Positions 49,860 to 59,308 of a DNA stretch of 64,000 bases are shown piece after piece; position 1 is the stretch's first letter, and the number at the start of each line of letters is the position of its first letter. A program made the translations under genes and the position numbers. Where the stretch lies: positions 436,790 through 500,789 of the forward strand of contig OY970314.1 in assembly GCA_963716475.1 (NCBI GenBank), written 5' to 3'. Source of the stretch: Candidatus Woesebacteria bacterium. GTDB taxonomy: Bacteria > Patescibacteriota > Microgenomatia > UBA8517. Under the pieces are notes generated by a model. The model was not told the origin of the DNA. It searched no databases and saw only the letters and a program-made list of their open reading frames with translations.

Positions 49860-50035
49860 TCATTTCGGTGCTCAATACGCCGGAAGGTTTCCGCAGATAC
49901 TCCTCAAGGCCTGATCATAAATACGCCTCAAAGGGTCCGATCCCAAGCACCAGAATAATGCCTGGCCTTCATCCTCGTATCCCCTCGGCTCTAACCCGGC
50001 CGCCCGGGGCCACACGCTTATATTTTAAAGAAACC
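49860..50035 (-). ncRNA. Candidate structured leader RNA upstream of glmS (possible glmS ribozyme)
   Basis: GC-rich island in an AT-rich spacer on the glmS strand. The minus strand reads AUAUAAGCG...GCCCCGGGCGGCCGGG...GGGGAUACGAGGAUGAAGGCCAGGCAUUAUUCUGG. It contains an ACGAGGAUGAAGG segment preceded by a GC hairpin, reminiscent of the glmS ribozyme P1/P2 core. Not verifiable without a covariance model. Confidence 0.3.
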
Positions 50036-50067
50036 ACTGCTTCCCGCTCGCAGAGATTATACAGTTC

Positions 50068-51087
50068 CTACCGACTACTAGTCAAACCGCTTACCAAAGC
50101 CAAAATGGCCATGCGAAGTTTATTCTGATCATGTCGTATCATGCTACGGTTAAGCCCGTCCCCTTTAACTCTTTCCGCAATTTTTCTTGAGAGTAAATCA
50201 GTCCTTATAATTTTAACTCCGGCAGAAATATGTTTATCAGTCAAGTCGTCATTAACCGGAACTGCGCTCTCCTTTTCATAAGCCTTAATTGCCGGCCTGG
50301 GAAAACTGTAATTGTTGTTAACTAAAACATAATTTATAAGTTTCAGAGGCATATATTTCTTCAAGTCTTCAAAAAAATCCGACAATGCGTAATCGGGCGT
50401 TTCGGAGACTGAGTCCATCAAATTTGCAATAAATAAAATTTTTCCTTTAGTTTTCTTTAATGCCGGCACCACACCGTCAACAATTAGATTGGCAACTGTA
50501 TTCGTATAGAAATCCCCGGGCCCCATTATTATTAAATCCGCATTTAGTATTGCCAACCGGGCCTCCGGATTAAGTTTTGCAACAGGGATTGTTTTTAATT
50601 CTGTTATTCTTAGACCGCCTTTGCGTTGAGGAACATCTATATTGTGCTCACCTATAATTTTCGATCCGTCTTCATATTCGGCCACGAGTCGCACGTCGGT
50701 GTAACTTATCGGAATAATATCTCCCTCAACTTGAAGAAGACGACAGGTCTCTTCAATCCCTTTCTTTTGGGAACCCATGATATCCGCCATTGCCGCCATA
50801 AATAAATTTCCGAATGTCATTCCCTCAAGACCTGCTCCTCCCTGATGATAACGATATGTAAACAATTTTCTTAAAACGGTTTTATTTTTTGACAATGCGA
50901 CAATCGCCTGTCTGATTCCCGACGTCGGCAGCAAACCAAACTCATCACGTATCACACGATTTGAACCCCCTTCATCAACCATAGTCATTAACATACTTAT
51001 TTTGACCGGGGCACTGCTTAATCCCGAGGCTACAACATAAGAACCTGTGCCTCCCCCTAAAATAACAATGTTTGGCATTTCGCTCAT
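50068..51087 (-). CDS. yvcK: YvcK/CofD-family gluconeogenesis-factor-like protein (UPF0052)
   Basis: IVILGGGTGSYVVASGL N-terminus typical of YvcK/CofD. 339 aa. Confidence 0.75.
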   Translation of the reverse strand: MSEMPNIVILGGGTGSYVVASGLSSAPVKISMLMTMVDEGGSNRVIRDEFGLLPTSGIRQAIVALSKNKTVLRKLFTYRYHQGGAGLEGMTFGNLFMAAMADIMGSQKKGIEETCRLLQVEGDIIPISYTDVRLVAEYEDGSKIIGEHNIDVPQRKGGLRITELKTIPVAKLNPEARLAILNADLIIMGPGDFYTNTVANLIVDGVVPALKKTKGKILFIANLMDSVSETPDYALSDFFEDLKKYMPLKLINYVLVNNNYSFPRPAIKAYEKESAVPVNDDLTDKHISAGVKIIRTDLLSRKIAERVKGDGLNRSMIRHDQNKLRMAILALVSGLTSSR

Positions 51088-52337
51088 TCTTTTTTATAAA
51101 TTTCCGCTCCAAGCAACTTCAGTCTTTCATCTATTTTTTCATAGCCCCGGGCAACTATTTCCACATTTTCAATTTCACTTTTTCCTGAAGCCGCAAGAGC
51201 GGCCAAAATAACCGAAATACCGGCTCTGATATCTTTACAAAACAGCCTGTCACTCAGAAGCGGGGTGGGTCCGCTGACAATAACCCTATGCGGGTCGGCG
51301 ATAAAAATTTTAGCACCCATTGAAATTAAATCATCTACAAAAAACATTCTCCATTCATACATCCAGTCGTGACAAACCACAGTCCCGGCTGTCTGGGTGG
51401 CAAGGACGATAAAAGGACTCATAAGATCCGTTGGGAAGCCCGGCCATGGTCTGGTTTGAAATTTAGACCTTGAGGCGATCAATTTTGAAGGAAGAACGGT
51501 AAGTGAATTTTGCGAAGTCTTAAAATTTACCCCCATATAAGAAAGATAATTTAATATCATGGGGCATTCCTCCGTTTTAAAATCCTCGATTTTAATTTCG
51601 CCCCCGGTTATTGCCGCCGCAATCGCAAATGTTCCTCCTTCAATGTGGTCAGGACAAACCTTATATTCCACCCCTTTCAGTTTCCCTCCGGAAACATTTA
51701 AAACATTCGATCCGATACCGTCAATTTTTACTCCCATCTTTACCAAAAAATTCGCTAAATCGGTAACATGGGGCTCTGTTGCTGCGTCTTCAATTTTCAT
51801 CCTCTCTGATATTGAACAGGCCATCATAAGTCCCATTTCAGTAGCCGTTACGGACGGTTCGTCAAGAAAAATATCCTTCGACTTCCTGTCTTTCCAGTCC
51901 AGGTAGTATCTTCCGTCTTCTCGTCGGATTGTAACTCCCATTTTCTGCATCATGGCAAAGTGAGTATCGAGAAGCCTTTCCCCAATCTGATCTCCTCCGG
52001 GCGGGGTAACGATAGCTTTTCCGAAACGGACCAATAGGGGAGCTGCCAGAACCACCGAAGCCCTAAATTTACTTGAAAGGTCCGGGTCAAGATCAAAAGA
52101 GGTCAGGCCTTTCGGGTCAATCGTTACGGAGTGATCCTCCCGTTTCACTCTTACTCCAAGCCTGGCGACAAGATCAAGCATAACCGACACATCTGAAATA
52201 TCGGGAATATTGGTAATGGTTGAAGGAGAATCGGCCAAAAGTGCCGCAGGAATAAGCTTTAAAGCTGAATTTTTATTGCCGGAAAGCCTGATGGTTCCCT
52301 CAAGCTTTTTGCCACCTGTAACTATGAATTTCGCCAT
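51084..52337 (-). CDS. murA: UDP-N-acetylglucosamine 1-carboxyvinyltransferase
   Basis: MAKFIVTGGKKLEGTIRLSGNKNSALKLI matches the MurA N-terminus. 417 aa. Confidence 0.9.
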   Translation of the reverse strand: MAKFIVTGGKKLEGTIRLSGNKNSALKLIPAALLADSPSTITNIPDISDVSVMLDLVARLGVRVKREDHSVTIDPKGLTSFDLDPDLSSKFRASVVLAAPLLVRFGKAIVTPPGGDQIGERLLDTHFAMMQKMGVTIRREDGRYYLDWKDRKSKDIFLDEPSVTATEMGLMMACSISERMKIEDAATEPHVTDLANFLVKMGVKIDGIGSNVLNVSGGKLKGVEYKVCPDHIEGGTFAIAAAITGGEIKIEDFKTEECPMILNYLSYMGVNFKTSQNSLTVLPSKLIASRSKFQTRPWPGFPTDLMSPFIVLATQTAGTVVCHDWMYEWRMFFVDDLISMGAKIFIADPHRVIVSGPTPLLSDRLFCKDIRAGISVILAALAASGKSEIENVEIVARGYEKIDERLKLLGAEIYKKE

Positions 52338-52355
52338 TTATTAAGTTGTATTGTA

Positions 52356-54077
52356 TCACTGACCGGGCTGTATGCCCAAATACGGGAAAAGGTCCTTGGC
52401 AATTGAATACCAGAGGGGAGCCGCGGTTTCGGCAGCCCACGGAGAGGATTGAGGTGATTTAAGTGTAACCAGCATTACAAACTTTGGATTTTCTGCAGGC
52501 GCAAACCCGATAAATGAATGATTTGTATTTGTGGTGTCGTAATGACCGGCAACAGGAATCTGGGCCGTCCCCGTTTTACCGGCAACATTAAAACCGGGTA
52601 TTCTGCACCACTTGGCTTCCCCGTTTTCTGCCGCATTTACCATCATCTGAGTGACCTCCTCGGCAGCCTGCTGACTAATAATCCTAACCGGCGGGTCAGA
52701 TTTTACTTTTTCTTCCCAACCGTCTCCCTTAATAGCATTCACAACTTTGGGTGTAATCAGAAGGCCGCCATTGGCAATAGCCGCCACCGCCCTAACCATT
52801 TCTATTCCGGTTACCGCAACTCCCTGACCAAAACTTGTGGTTGCCAGATCAACCACATTCCAGGTTCCTTTTTCCCGAAGTTTTGGAGCACTTTCCCCTT
52901 GTAGATCAATTCCGGTTTTTTGTCCTATCCCAAATTTGCTTAAATAATCATATAGAGTGTCCGCTCCCAATTTTTGGCCTACAAAAGACATTCCTACATT
53001 GTCTGACTCCACTATTACACCAGTCATAGTTATCCCCGGATGATACTTATCATTCCAGGTCTTTATCAGGTATTTGTCTACTTTTAAGGGACCGCTGCAT
53101 ATATCACAGGTTGTATCGGGGCTAACCACGCCTGAATCTAACCCCGCCGCCATGACCAAAACCTTAAATATCGACCCCGGTTCAAAAGAGTCCGAAATGA
53201 CAGGATTTTTGAATAGTGAATTATTATATATAGAGTAATTTGCAGGATCAAAAGACGGCAAACTGGCCATTGCCATAACATTCCCGGTAGTCGGATCCAT
53301 CACCGTTACACTTCCGCCGGCAGCTCCGTATTTCTTAATCCCATCGAGAAGCCCCTGCTCAGCCACGGTTTGTATCCTTTTATCGATATTTGTTTCCAGA
53401 TCTACTCCGGAAATTGCTGAAACCTGGGTAGTTCCACCCAATAGTATCGGGGAACCCAACGCGTCTTTTTGACCTCCTACAAAACCGGGTTTTCCGCTCA
53501 GAGGCAGATCATAGTACCCTTCTATACCGAAATAGCCAATATCGCTGCCTTTGTCGTCTTTACCCACGAATCCTAGAAGTTGCGCGGCACTGCTGGCTTC
53601 AGGATAGTATGAGGTTTCCTGGGGATCAAAACCTATTCCCTGAATTTTTAGGGCTTCTATATTTCTTTTGATATCGTCAGCAACTTTCTGCTCCAGGGCT
53701 ACCCAACTTGCAGTTGACTTCCCGAGAGTCGCGGTAAGTTTTTCGGTCTCCGTCAAAAGAGCCTCCCTATCACCCGAGTACACGAAAAAAGGTGCCAATT
53801 TGTTTGCAATCTGCGACGGACTATCCGTAAGTTGACGCGGGTTAGCCCAAACTAACCAGGCTTGGGTTCTAACTGCCCAGTAGCTTCCGTCTGAAGCCAG
53901 TATATTTCCTCTGGGAGCTGTTATAACTTGAGACGAATTGTATTGATTTTTTGCTTCATCCGAAAGACTTGCTCCTTTAATTACCTGCCAATAAAAAAGT
54001 CTTACGCTGAGGGTCACAAAAAGAATAAGAGAAAAAATAGAAATTATTCTGATTTTTAGCAGCATTTTTCTATTCAA
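52356..54077 (-). CDS. ftsI: Class B penicillin-binding protein (FtsI/PBP3-like transpeptidase)
   Basis: N-terminal TM, dimerisation domain. SxxK (SIFK), SxN (SDN) and KTG (KTGT) transpeptidase motifs. 573 aa. Confidence 0.8.
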   Translation of the reverse strand: MNRKMLLKIRIISIFSLILFVTLSVRLFYWQVIKGASLSDEAKNQYNSSQVITAPRGNILASDGSYWAVRTQAWLVWANPRQLTDSPSQIANKLAPFFVYSGDREALLTETEKLTATLGKSTASWVALEQKVADDIKRNIEALKIQGIGFDPQETSYYPEASSAAQLLGFVGKDDKGSDIGYFGIEGYYDLPLSGKPGFVGGQKDALGSPILLGGTTQVSAISGVDLETNIDKRIQTVAEQGLLDGIKKYGAAGGSVTVMDPTTGNVMAMASLPSFDPANYSIYNNSLFKNPVISDSFEPGSIFKVLVMAAGLDSGVVSPDTTCDICSGPLKVDKYLIKTWNDKYHPGITMTGVIVESDNVGMSFVGQKLGADTLYDYLSKFGIGQKTGIDLQGESAPKLREKGTWNVVDLATTSFGQGVAVTGIEMVRAVAAIANGGLLITPKVVNAIKGDGWEEKVKSDPPVRIISQQAAEEVTQMMVNAAENGEAKWCRIPGFNVAGKTGTAQIPVAGHYDTTNTNHSFIGFAPAENPKFVMLVTLKSPQSSPWAAETAAPLWYSIAKDLFPYLGIQPGQ

Positions 54078-54352
54078 GGAAGCTTAGCCACCGGTTCCGG
54101 CGGGGCTACATATACCAAGTTTACCGGTTTTACATAACCCAACTCGGTGCTTTTTTCCTGAAGCGAGCTCATTGATAAGGTTTTAACCAGCGTATCCTCA
54201 AGATATCTCTTTTGATCGGAGAGCTGCGCTTCCTGTTTTTGAAGATTGGAAACCTCGGCCCCGGAAGTCACAGTTACCACTGTCATTAGAACCGACGAAA
54301 CTGCCAGAGCTGCCAAAAAACCTATCAGAATGTATTTTTTAAAATTTTTCAT
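54074..54352 (-). CDS. ftsL: FtsL-like small bitopic division protein
   Basis: 92 aa, single TM then a coiled-coil-like segment. Canonical position between rsmH and ftsI. Confidence 0.45.
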   Translation of the reverse strand: MKNFKKYILIGFLAALAVSSVLMTVVTVTSGAEVSNLQKQEAQLSDQKRYLEDTLVKTLSMSSLQEKSTELGYVKPVNLVYVAPPEPVAKLP

Positions 54353-54355
54353 ATA

Positions 54356-55234
54356 TTATTTTTGTAAAACCCGCATTTTTGCACTTCTTGCCCGCCTGTT
54401 ATTATTTATTTCCTCTTCATCAGCCAAAATGGGTTTGAAAGTAATAATTTTTGCCCCATCTTTACTTTTCTCCTTAAAAAAGTTCTTGACTATTGCGTCT
54501 TCACCGGAATGAAAACTGATTACTGCCAGTCTGCCCCTTTTTGCCAATATCCCGAACGCCTTGGGTAGCGCCTCTTCCAAATTTGTAAGCTCGCTATTGA
54601 CTGCAATCCTTAAAGCCAGAAAAGGCAAGGTGGCAACGTTTAGACCCGGCTTCCCGATCCGCAAACCTTCTGATATTTCCAAAAGATCTCCGACTGTTGC
54701 TACCGGTTTAGCTAACCTTGAATGCAAAACGCGTCCGCTGATCCACTTGGCTGCTCCCGGTTCAAGAGTTACTTTAAAAAGTTCTTCCAGTTGATCCTCC
54801 CTAAGAACGTTAAGCAAATCCGCTGCTTTAACCCCCTGGGTTTCCGGATCAATTCGCATATCAAGTGCTGCTTCCGGATTTTCGAACGAAAAGCCTCTTT
54901 CAGTATCCTTTAGGTGAATATTTGTTACACCCAAATCGAAAAGAATTCCGGCAACCGAATTCCAGCCTAATTTTATGGCAATTTCATCAATTTCAGTAAA
55001 ATTTCCGTTTACCAGTTTGTAATCTTTCTCTCCGGAATCCCTAAGCCGCTCCTCGGCAATTGCCAGTATTTTTGGGTCCAATTCGATTCCCAAAACCTGT
55101 CCCCCTTGTTTTAAAATTTCGAGAGTGTGACCGCCATTACCGACCGTTGCGTCAATATACTTGCGGGCTTTTTCAATGTGCAAAACCTCAATGACTTTAT
55201 CCACCAATACCGATTCGTGGTAATTATTTTTCAT
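54356..55234 (-). CDS. rsmH: 16S rRNA (cytosine1402-N4)-methyltransferase
   Basis: HESVLVDKVIE and DATVGNGGHT motifs. 292 aa. Confidence 0.9.
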   Translation of the reverse strand: MKNNYHESVLVDKVIEVLHIEKARKYIDATVGNGGHTLEILKQGGQVLGIELDPKILAIAEERLRDSGEKDYKLVNGNFTEIDEIAIKLGWNSVAGILFDLGVTNIHLKDTERGFSFENPEAALDMRIDPETQGVKAADLLNVLREDQLEELFKVTLEPGAAKWISGRVLHSRLAKPVATVGDLLEISEGLRIGKPGLNVATLPFLALRIAVNSELTNLEEALPKAFGILAKRGRLAVISFHSGEDAIVKNFFKEKSKDGAKIITFKPILADEEEINNNRRARSAKMRVLQK

Positions 55235-55658
55235 TCTTGCTAAGATCCTCTATGTATTCCTTGGTTGTCTTGGCCAGGTTTACCGACTTTTCATCCCAGG
55301 CAGCCTTTGACCAAATTTCAACTCTATCGACAAGTCCTACAAAAACTGCTTCGCGACCCAAGTCCGCGTAGGATGACAAAATCTCGGGTATAACAATCCT
55401 GCCTTGCTCATCGGGCTCGGTTTCGAATGCACTTCCTAAAATAAACCGCTCAATGTCGCGTACTCCCAAGCCTGCTGTCTTTTTTCCGCCCGTCAATCTT
55501 CCCAAAAGCCTTTCCCAAAAGGCTGAGCTAACTAAGATCAGGCAATCTTCATACCACATAGCCAGTATGGGATTATCTCCAAGTTCTTTTAAAAATTTTT
55601 TAGGTACAGCGACGCGTCTCCCGTCGCCAATGTTGCCCAAATATGATCCGATTAACAT
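55224..55658 (-). CDS. mraZ: Transcriptional regulator MraZ
   Basis: Duplicated MraZ (SpoVT/AbrB-like) half-domains. GDGRRVAVPKKF motif. 144 aa. Confidence 0.9.
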   Translation of the reverse strand: MLIGSYLGNIGDGRRVAVPKKFLKELGDNPILAMWYEDCLILVSSAFWERLLGRLTGGKKTAGLGVRDIERFILGSAFETEPDEQGRIVIPEILSSYADLGREAVFVGLVDRVEIWSKAAWDEKSVNLAKTTKEYIEDLSKNEK

Positions 55659-55998
55659 AGGTTAGTCTCGGGCAGGGACTCACCACTTTTTACCACTAGA
55701 CACCATTCTGATATGTTTTCACAGTCATGTCAAGTCCTTCTTCACGGTTTTCATTAAAAAGTGTCACGGAGTGAAGACGGCACTTCAGAATTTAGAGATG
55801 AAGGATAAAAAATCCGGTATTACTGGATGAAACCCTTTATCAAGATTGCTTTTTAGACCTTTTGTCAAGCTTGGCTCCCCCTGTGGAATTCGATCCACAC
55901 ATTGTTACCTAAATAAAGCCCATAATCACCACAATTTCAATTTATGATATAAGCCAAGGACTTGACAACTAATTCTATAGGTATATATATTAGACAGG

Positions 55999-56790
55999 AT
56001 GTGCCTCCCAAAAGAACTTCTTAAATTTGACGGGAAGGGATTCATACTTGTATTAATCGGGATTGTTGTCGGGGTCTTGATCGTAACAACAGCAAGAGCC
56101 CAGTCGACAGACATTATTCGAGCCTGTATCGCTCAACCAAACGGCAATAGTCAATCTAAAAACGTTGCTGGAAATGCAAATGCCGGATCTGTGAGAATAG
56201 TACAAAGTCAAAGCGATTGCAGAAGCGATGAAACTTACATAACTTGGAATATTCAAGGCCCACAGGGTTTACCGGGCCCATCGGGTGCTCCTGGAAATAG
56301 TGGTGAAATTGGAGTTGGAGAATTCCTTAGTAACGACTTTAGCGGAGTTAGTTTATACTCGGGTAGTATTAATCCTCTTCAATATAGAAACTTCGCCAGT
56401 GCTAACTTCACAAATGCTAACTTGATCATGGTCGATTTTTCATATTCAGATTTGACCAGTGCTAACTTCACAAATGCTTATTTGACTGCAGTTCACTTTG
56501 TTTTTTCTAAAGCAGAGGGTGCAAACTTTTCGGGAACAAACTTAGAAGGAGCATATTTAATTTCTGGGAATTTCATAGGTGCAAATTTTACTGGTGCTTA
56601 CATGCATGGCAACTCTATTAATAATGCCATATTTTCAAACGCAAACTTTACAAATGCTGATTTGTTAAATTCTGTAGAATCCCCTGCTGACATTTCTGGT
56701 GCTGTTTGGTCAAATACAACATGCCCTGATGCAACCAATAGTAATAATAACGGAGGTACGTGCGAGGGCCACTTTATAGTTAGTCCTTAA
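55999..56790 (+). CDS. Membrane-anchored pentapeptide-repeat protein
   Basis: N-terminal TM helix. The C-terminal half is tandem A(N/D)(F/L)xx pentapeptides (ANFTNANL, ANFTNAYL, ANFSGTNL and others). 263 aa. Confidence 0.7.
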   Translation: MCLPKELLKFDGKGFILVLIGIVVGVLIVTTARAQSTDIIRACIAQPNGNSQSKNVAGNANAGSVRIVQSQSDCRSDETYITWNIQGPQGLPGPSGAPGNSGEIGVGEFLSNDFSGVSLYSGSINPLQYRNFASANFTNANLIMVDFSYSDLTSANFTNAYLTAVHFVFSKAEGANFSGTNLEGAYLISGNFIGANFTGAYMHGNSINNAIFSNANFTNADLLNSVESPADISGAVWSNTTCPDATNSNNNGGTCEGHFIVSP

Positions 56791-56797
56791 TCCAACA

Positions 56798-58381
56798 CTA
56801 ATATATAATTATAGGTTCCCTTGCTTCAATGGTCTTTAAAATAGCTGCAAACGTTTGGGTCGGGGAAATTTGGTAGGCCGTTTGGGCTGCTGTTAACGCC
56901 CCTGCCCTGTCTCCAGCTAAATATCTTGCTACCGCCACATAACTCCAATTTGCTGCCAAACCTTTGTTAAAATCCAATGCCCGATTGTAAGCAATGACAG
57001 CTTGATCATATTTTTTATTCTTTAAGTAAAAATCCCCAAGGGCACCAAAAGTCATTGAATTGGGAAGGAGACGGGTCGCTGAAATATAATGTGATTCCGC
57101 ATCCCTATTTCTTCCCTCCCCGCTTGCCACCTCGCCCGACATTACTTCTATTAGAAAATTATTCTGATTATATTTAGCATCGTGACTAATCAGTGAAGCT
57201 GTATTGTACCAATCTCCTACCCGAACTATTGTCCTAACAGAAAATAGTAAAATTATGATAATCGCAAACAACATTAACTTCCTTATTTGAAAGTGATATT
57301 GGGTTGAAATAAACTCGATTATTACCCAAATCAAACCGAGTAGACCTGCTAAGGCAAAATAGAAATAATGATCGGCTACGGTTTGATCTAAAGGAATAAT
57401 CTGCAAATAAACGACTAAACCCATCAAAAACCATATAGTGAAAAGGAGATATTTCTTAAATTGTTCCCTGTTTTCTTTGAATATAAGAAACCCATGAAAC
57501 AAAATCAAAGCAAAAAAGATAGCATCAAGAATAAGGGGTAAATAAAAATCTGCGAAATTTAAATTTCTAACCACCCACATCTGGAATGCTACCAGATTAA
57601 TTGGAAAAAAAGAAGTTTTCAAATAATAAAGAATAATACTCGGGATACTCATTGCCCTTTCGGCTAAACTCATTGATTGAATAGGGACAACTGGAAGTGT
57701 ATTTACAAACAAGTTTACATGGCCTACACCTAGTCTTAATATCAAGTAAAAAAATATGGCAGCTAAGCTTTGATATATGTTTTTTATAAAATTTTCCTTC
57801 CGATATAGAAAAGTAAAAAAAGGAATAATAATCAAAAATACCAGGCCAGTTTCCTTTGATAATAGTGAGAGCAGGAGAAAAAGAGGAATTAAAAAGTCGG
57901 AAATTCCTCTTTTAGTTTTAAGTGTCATATAAAAAGCAAGTAGGCCAAAAAACATGAACAAATTATTATCCAAGGCTGTTATGTACACGACAGTTTCGAC
58001 ATTAATTGGATGAACTAAATATATCAAAGCCATTAGAAAAGGTACTTCGTCTTTGAAGAAATATTTAAAAATGATATAAAGTAGGATTGTATTAACTACA
58101 TGAAGCAATATTTGAACCAAGTGATAGCCAAACGTGTTTTCACCGGATAAAGAATAAATTACGGTAAAGGTGGCGGACATTATTGGCCTATAAAACATAT
58201 TTCTCAAATTTGTCTCATCATAGTAGATTCCGTTCTGAAGAAAAGTCGGTAGGTTCGTTATTGAGTGAACCAGCGGATTATTTACTATCTGTTCAATGTC
58301 ATCGCCAATAAAATTATTAAATAATCCTCTACCATATACAATCAACCCGACTGCAATTAAAATTAATATATATTTCTTCAT
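56798..58381 (-). CDS. Polytopic membrane protein with C-terminal TPR repeats (PMT/ArnT/DUF2723-like GT-C candidate)
   Basis: 527 aa, about 11 N-terminal TM helices. The C-terminal roughly 120 aa have TPR-like YxxAxxxY/ALxxNP periodicity. Confidence 0.5.
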   Translation of the reverse strand: MKKYILILIAVGLIVYGRGLFNNFIGDDIEQIVNNPLVHSITNLPTFLQNGIYYDETNLRNMFYRPIMSATFTVIYSLSGENTFGYHLVQILLHVVNTILLYIIFKYFFKDEVPFLMALIYLVHPINVETVVYITALDNNLFMFFGLLAFYMTLKTKRGISDFLIPLFLLLSLLSKETGLVFLIIIPFFTFLYRKENFIKNIYQSLAAIFFYLILRLGVGHVNLFVNTLPVVPIQSMSLAERAMSIPSIILYYLKTSFFPINLVAFQMWVVRNLNFADFYLPLILDAIFFALILFHGFLIFKENREQFKKYLLFTIWFLMGLVVYLQIIPLDQTVADHYFYFALAGLLGLIWVIIEFISTQYHFQIRKLMLFAIIIILLFSVRTIVRVGDWYNTASLISHDAKYNQNNFLIEVMSGEVASGEGRNRDAESHYISATRLLPNSMTFGALGDFYLKNKKYDQAVIAYNRALDFNKGLAANWSYVAVARYLAGDRAGALTAAQTAYQISPTQTFAAILKTIEAREPIIIY

Positions 58382-58385
58382 TCTT

Positions 58386-58405
58386 TATAGTATAGTATAG
58401 TATAG
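58386..58405. repeat. (TATAG)4 pentanucleotide microsatellite immediately upstream of the 56798-58381 gene start
   Basis: Read directly: tatagtatagtatagtatag followed by tag. Confidence 0.85.
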
Positions 58406-58636
58406 TAGCATAGGTTTTAAAGTTTTAGTTAACAATTGATTATAAATCTTTGAGTGGCCAGTATCGGATTTTTATAACAAATGTTTTTCTTCTCCCGCCT
58501 TGCTTTGACCATTCCAAGCATTCGAAGATGAGACAAGCGCTGTGGCATATTGTACTTCCGAATACTAACGACATCGGATATTTAATACATACACATTTCT
58601 TTCGAATCTGGCATTTGAAAACCAGAATGTTTGAAG

Positions 58637-59308
58637 TTACTGACTTAATTTCCCTGCGTGGGTCTTTCCGTCTGAAGCAAAAACTCCGTATCCATTCTGC
58701 CAGACAACATACGTCGAGGGGTCAGGTTGTTGAAAAGTGGTCATGGTTACGAAGAACACCCCTTTGGCAATGCCGTTTAATTCATAAGTAAACTTACCGT
58801 CAACTGAGGTTAGGGTTGTTACCCCGGATTGCAAATGAAAATCGGTTACGAGTTTCCCAATTAACTTTCCGCTCGCGTCCCTGAATTTGAGAGTCATTGT
58901 CCCCTGTTCCACGCCCGCATCATACCTGTATTTTCCGGAGGATTCCGAGCCCATCAATAAGGGTCTATCGATATCGGTTCCGTCCAATTTAACAGTTCCG
59001 GGAACGCCCTGTTGTCCGCCGTCGGTTGTACCGTAAACCAACTCGTAATCCATAGAAACGGCGCCCGTAACATTTATTTTTTGAACTTTAAAATCCAACC
59101 AGTGTCCGTCAGATCCTTTGACTTGGGGATTACTTGTCGGAATAAGCATAACTACCGGCCATTCAGCTTGCGGAAGATCCGGAACGCTTGCCTCTTCCTG
59201 GGCAGGTGAAACGGTTCCGCTCTTCTTACCCCTGGCTATAAAGAAAATGGCAACTAAAAGGATAATAAGCCCGGCACCGATTAGAATTAGCGGTAGAAAT
59301 TTTTTCAC
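58637..59308 (-). CDS. Secreted/anchored hypothetical protein (223 aa)
   Basis: N-terminal TM/signal anchor, then a Gly/Thr-rich, beta-strand-like sequence. No motif recognised. Confidence 0.4.
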   Translation of the reverse strand: MKKFLPLILIGAGLIILLVAIFFIARGKKSGTVSPAQEEASVPDLPQAEWPVVMLIPTSNPQVKGSDGHWLDFKVQKINVTGAVSMDYELVYGTTDGGQQGVPGTVKLDGTDIDRPLLMGSESSGKYRYDAGVEQGTMTLKFRDASGKLIGKLVTDFHLQSGVTTLTSVDGKFTYELNGIAKGVFFVTMTTFQQPDPSTYVVWQNGYGVFASDGKTHAGKLSQ

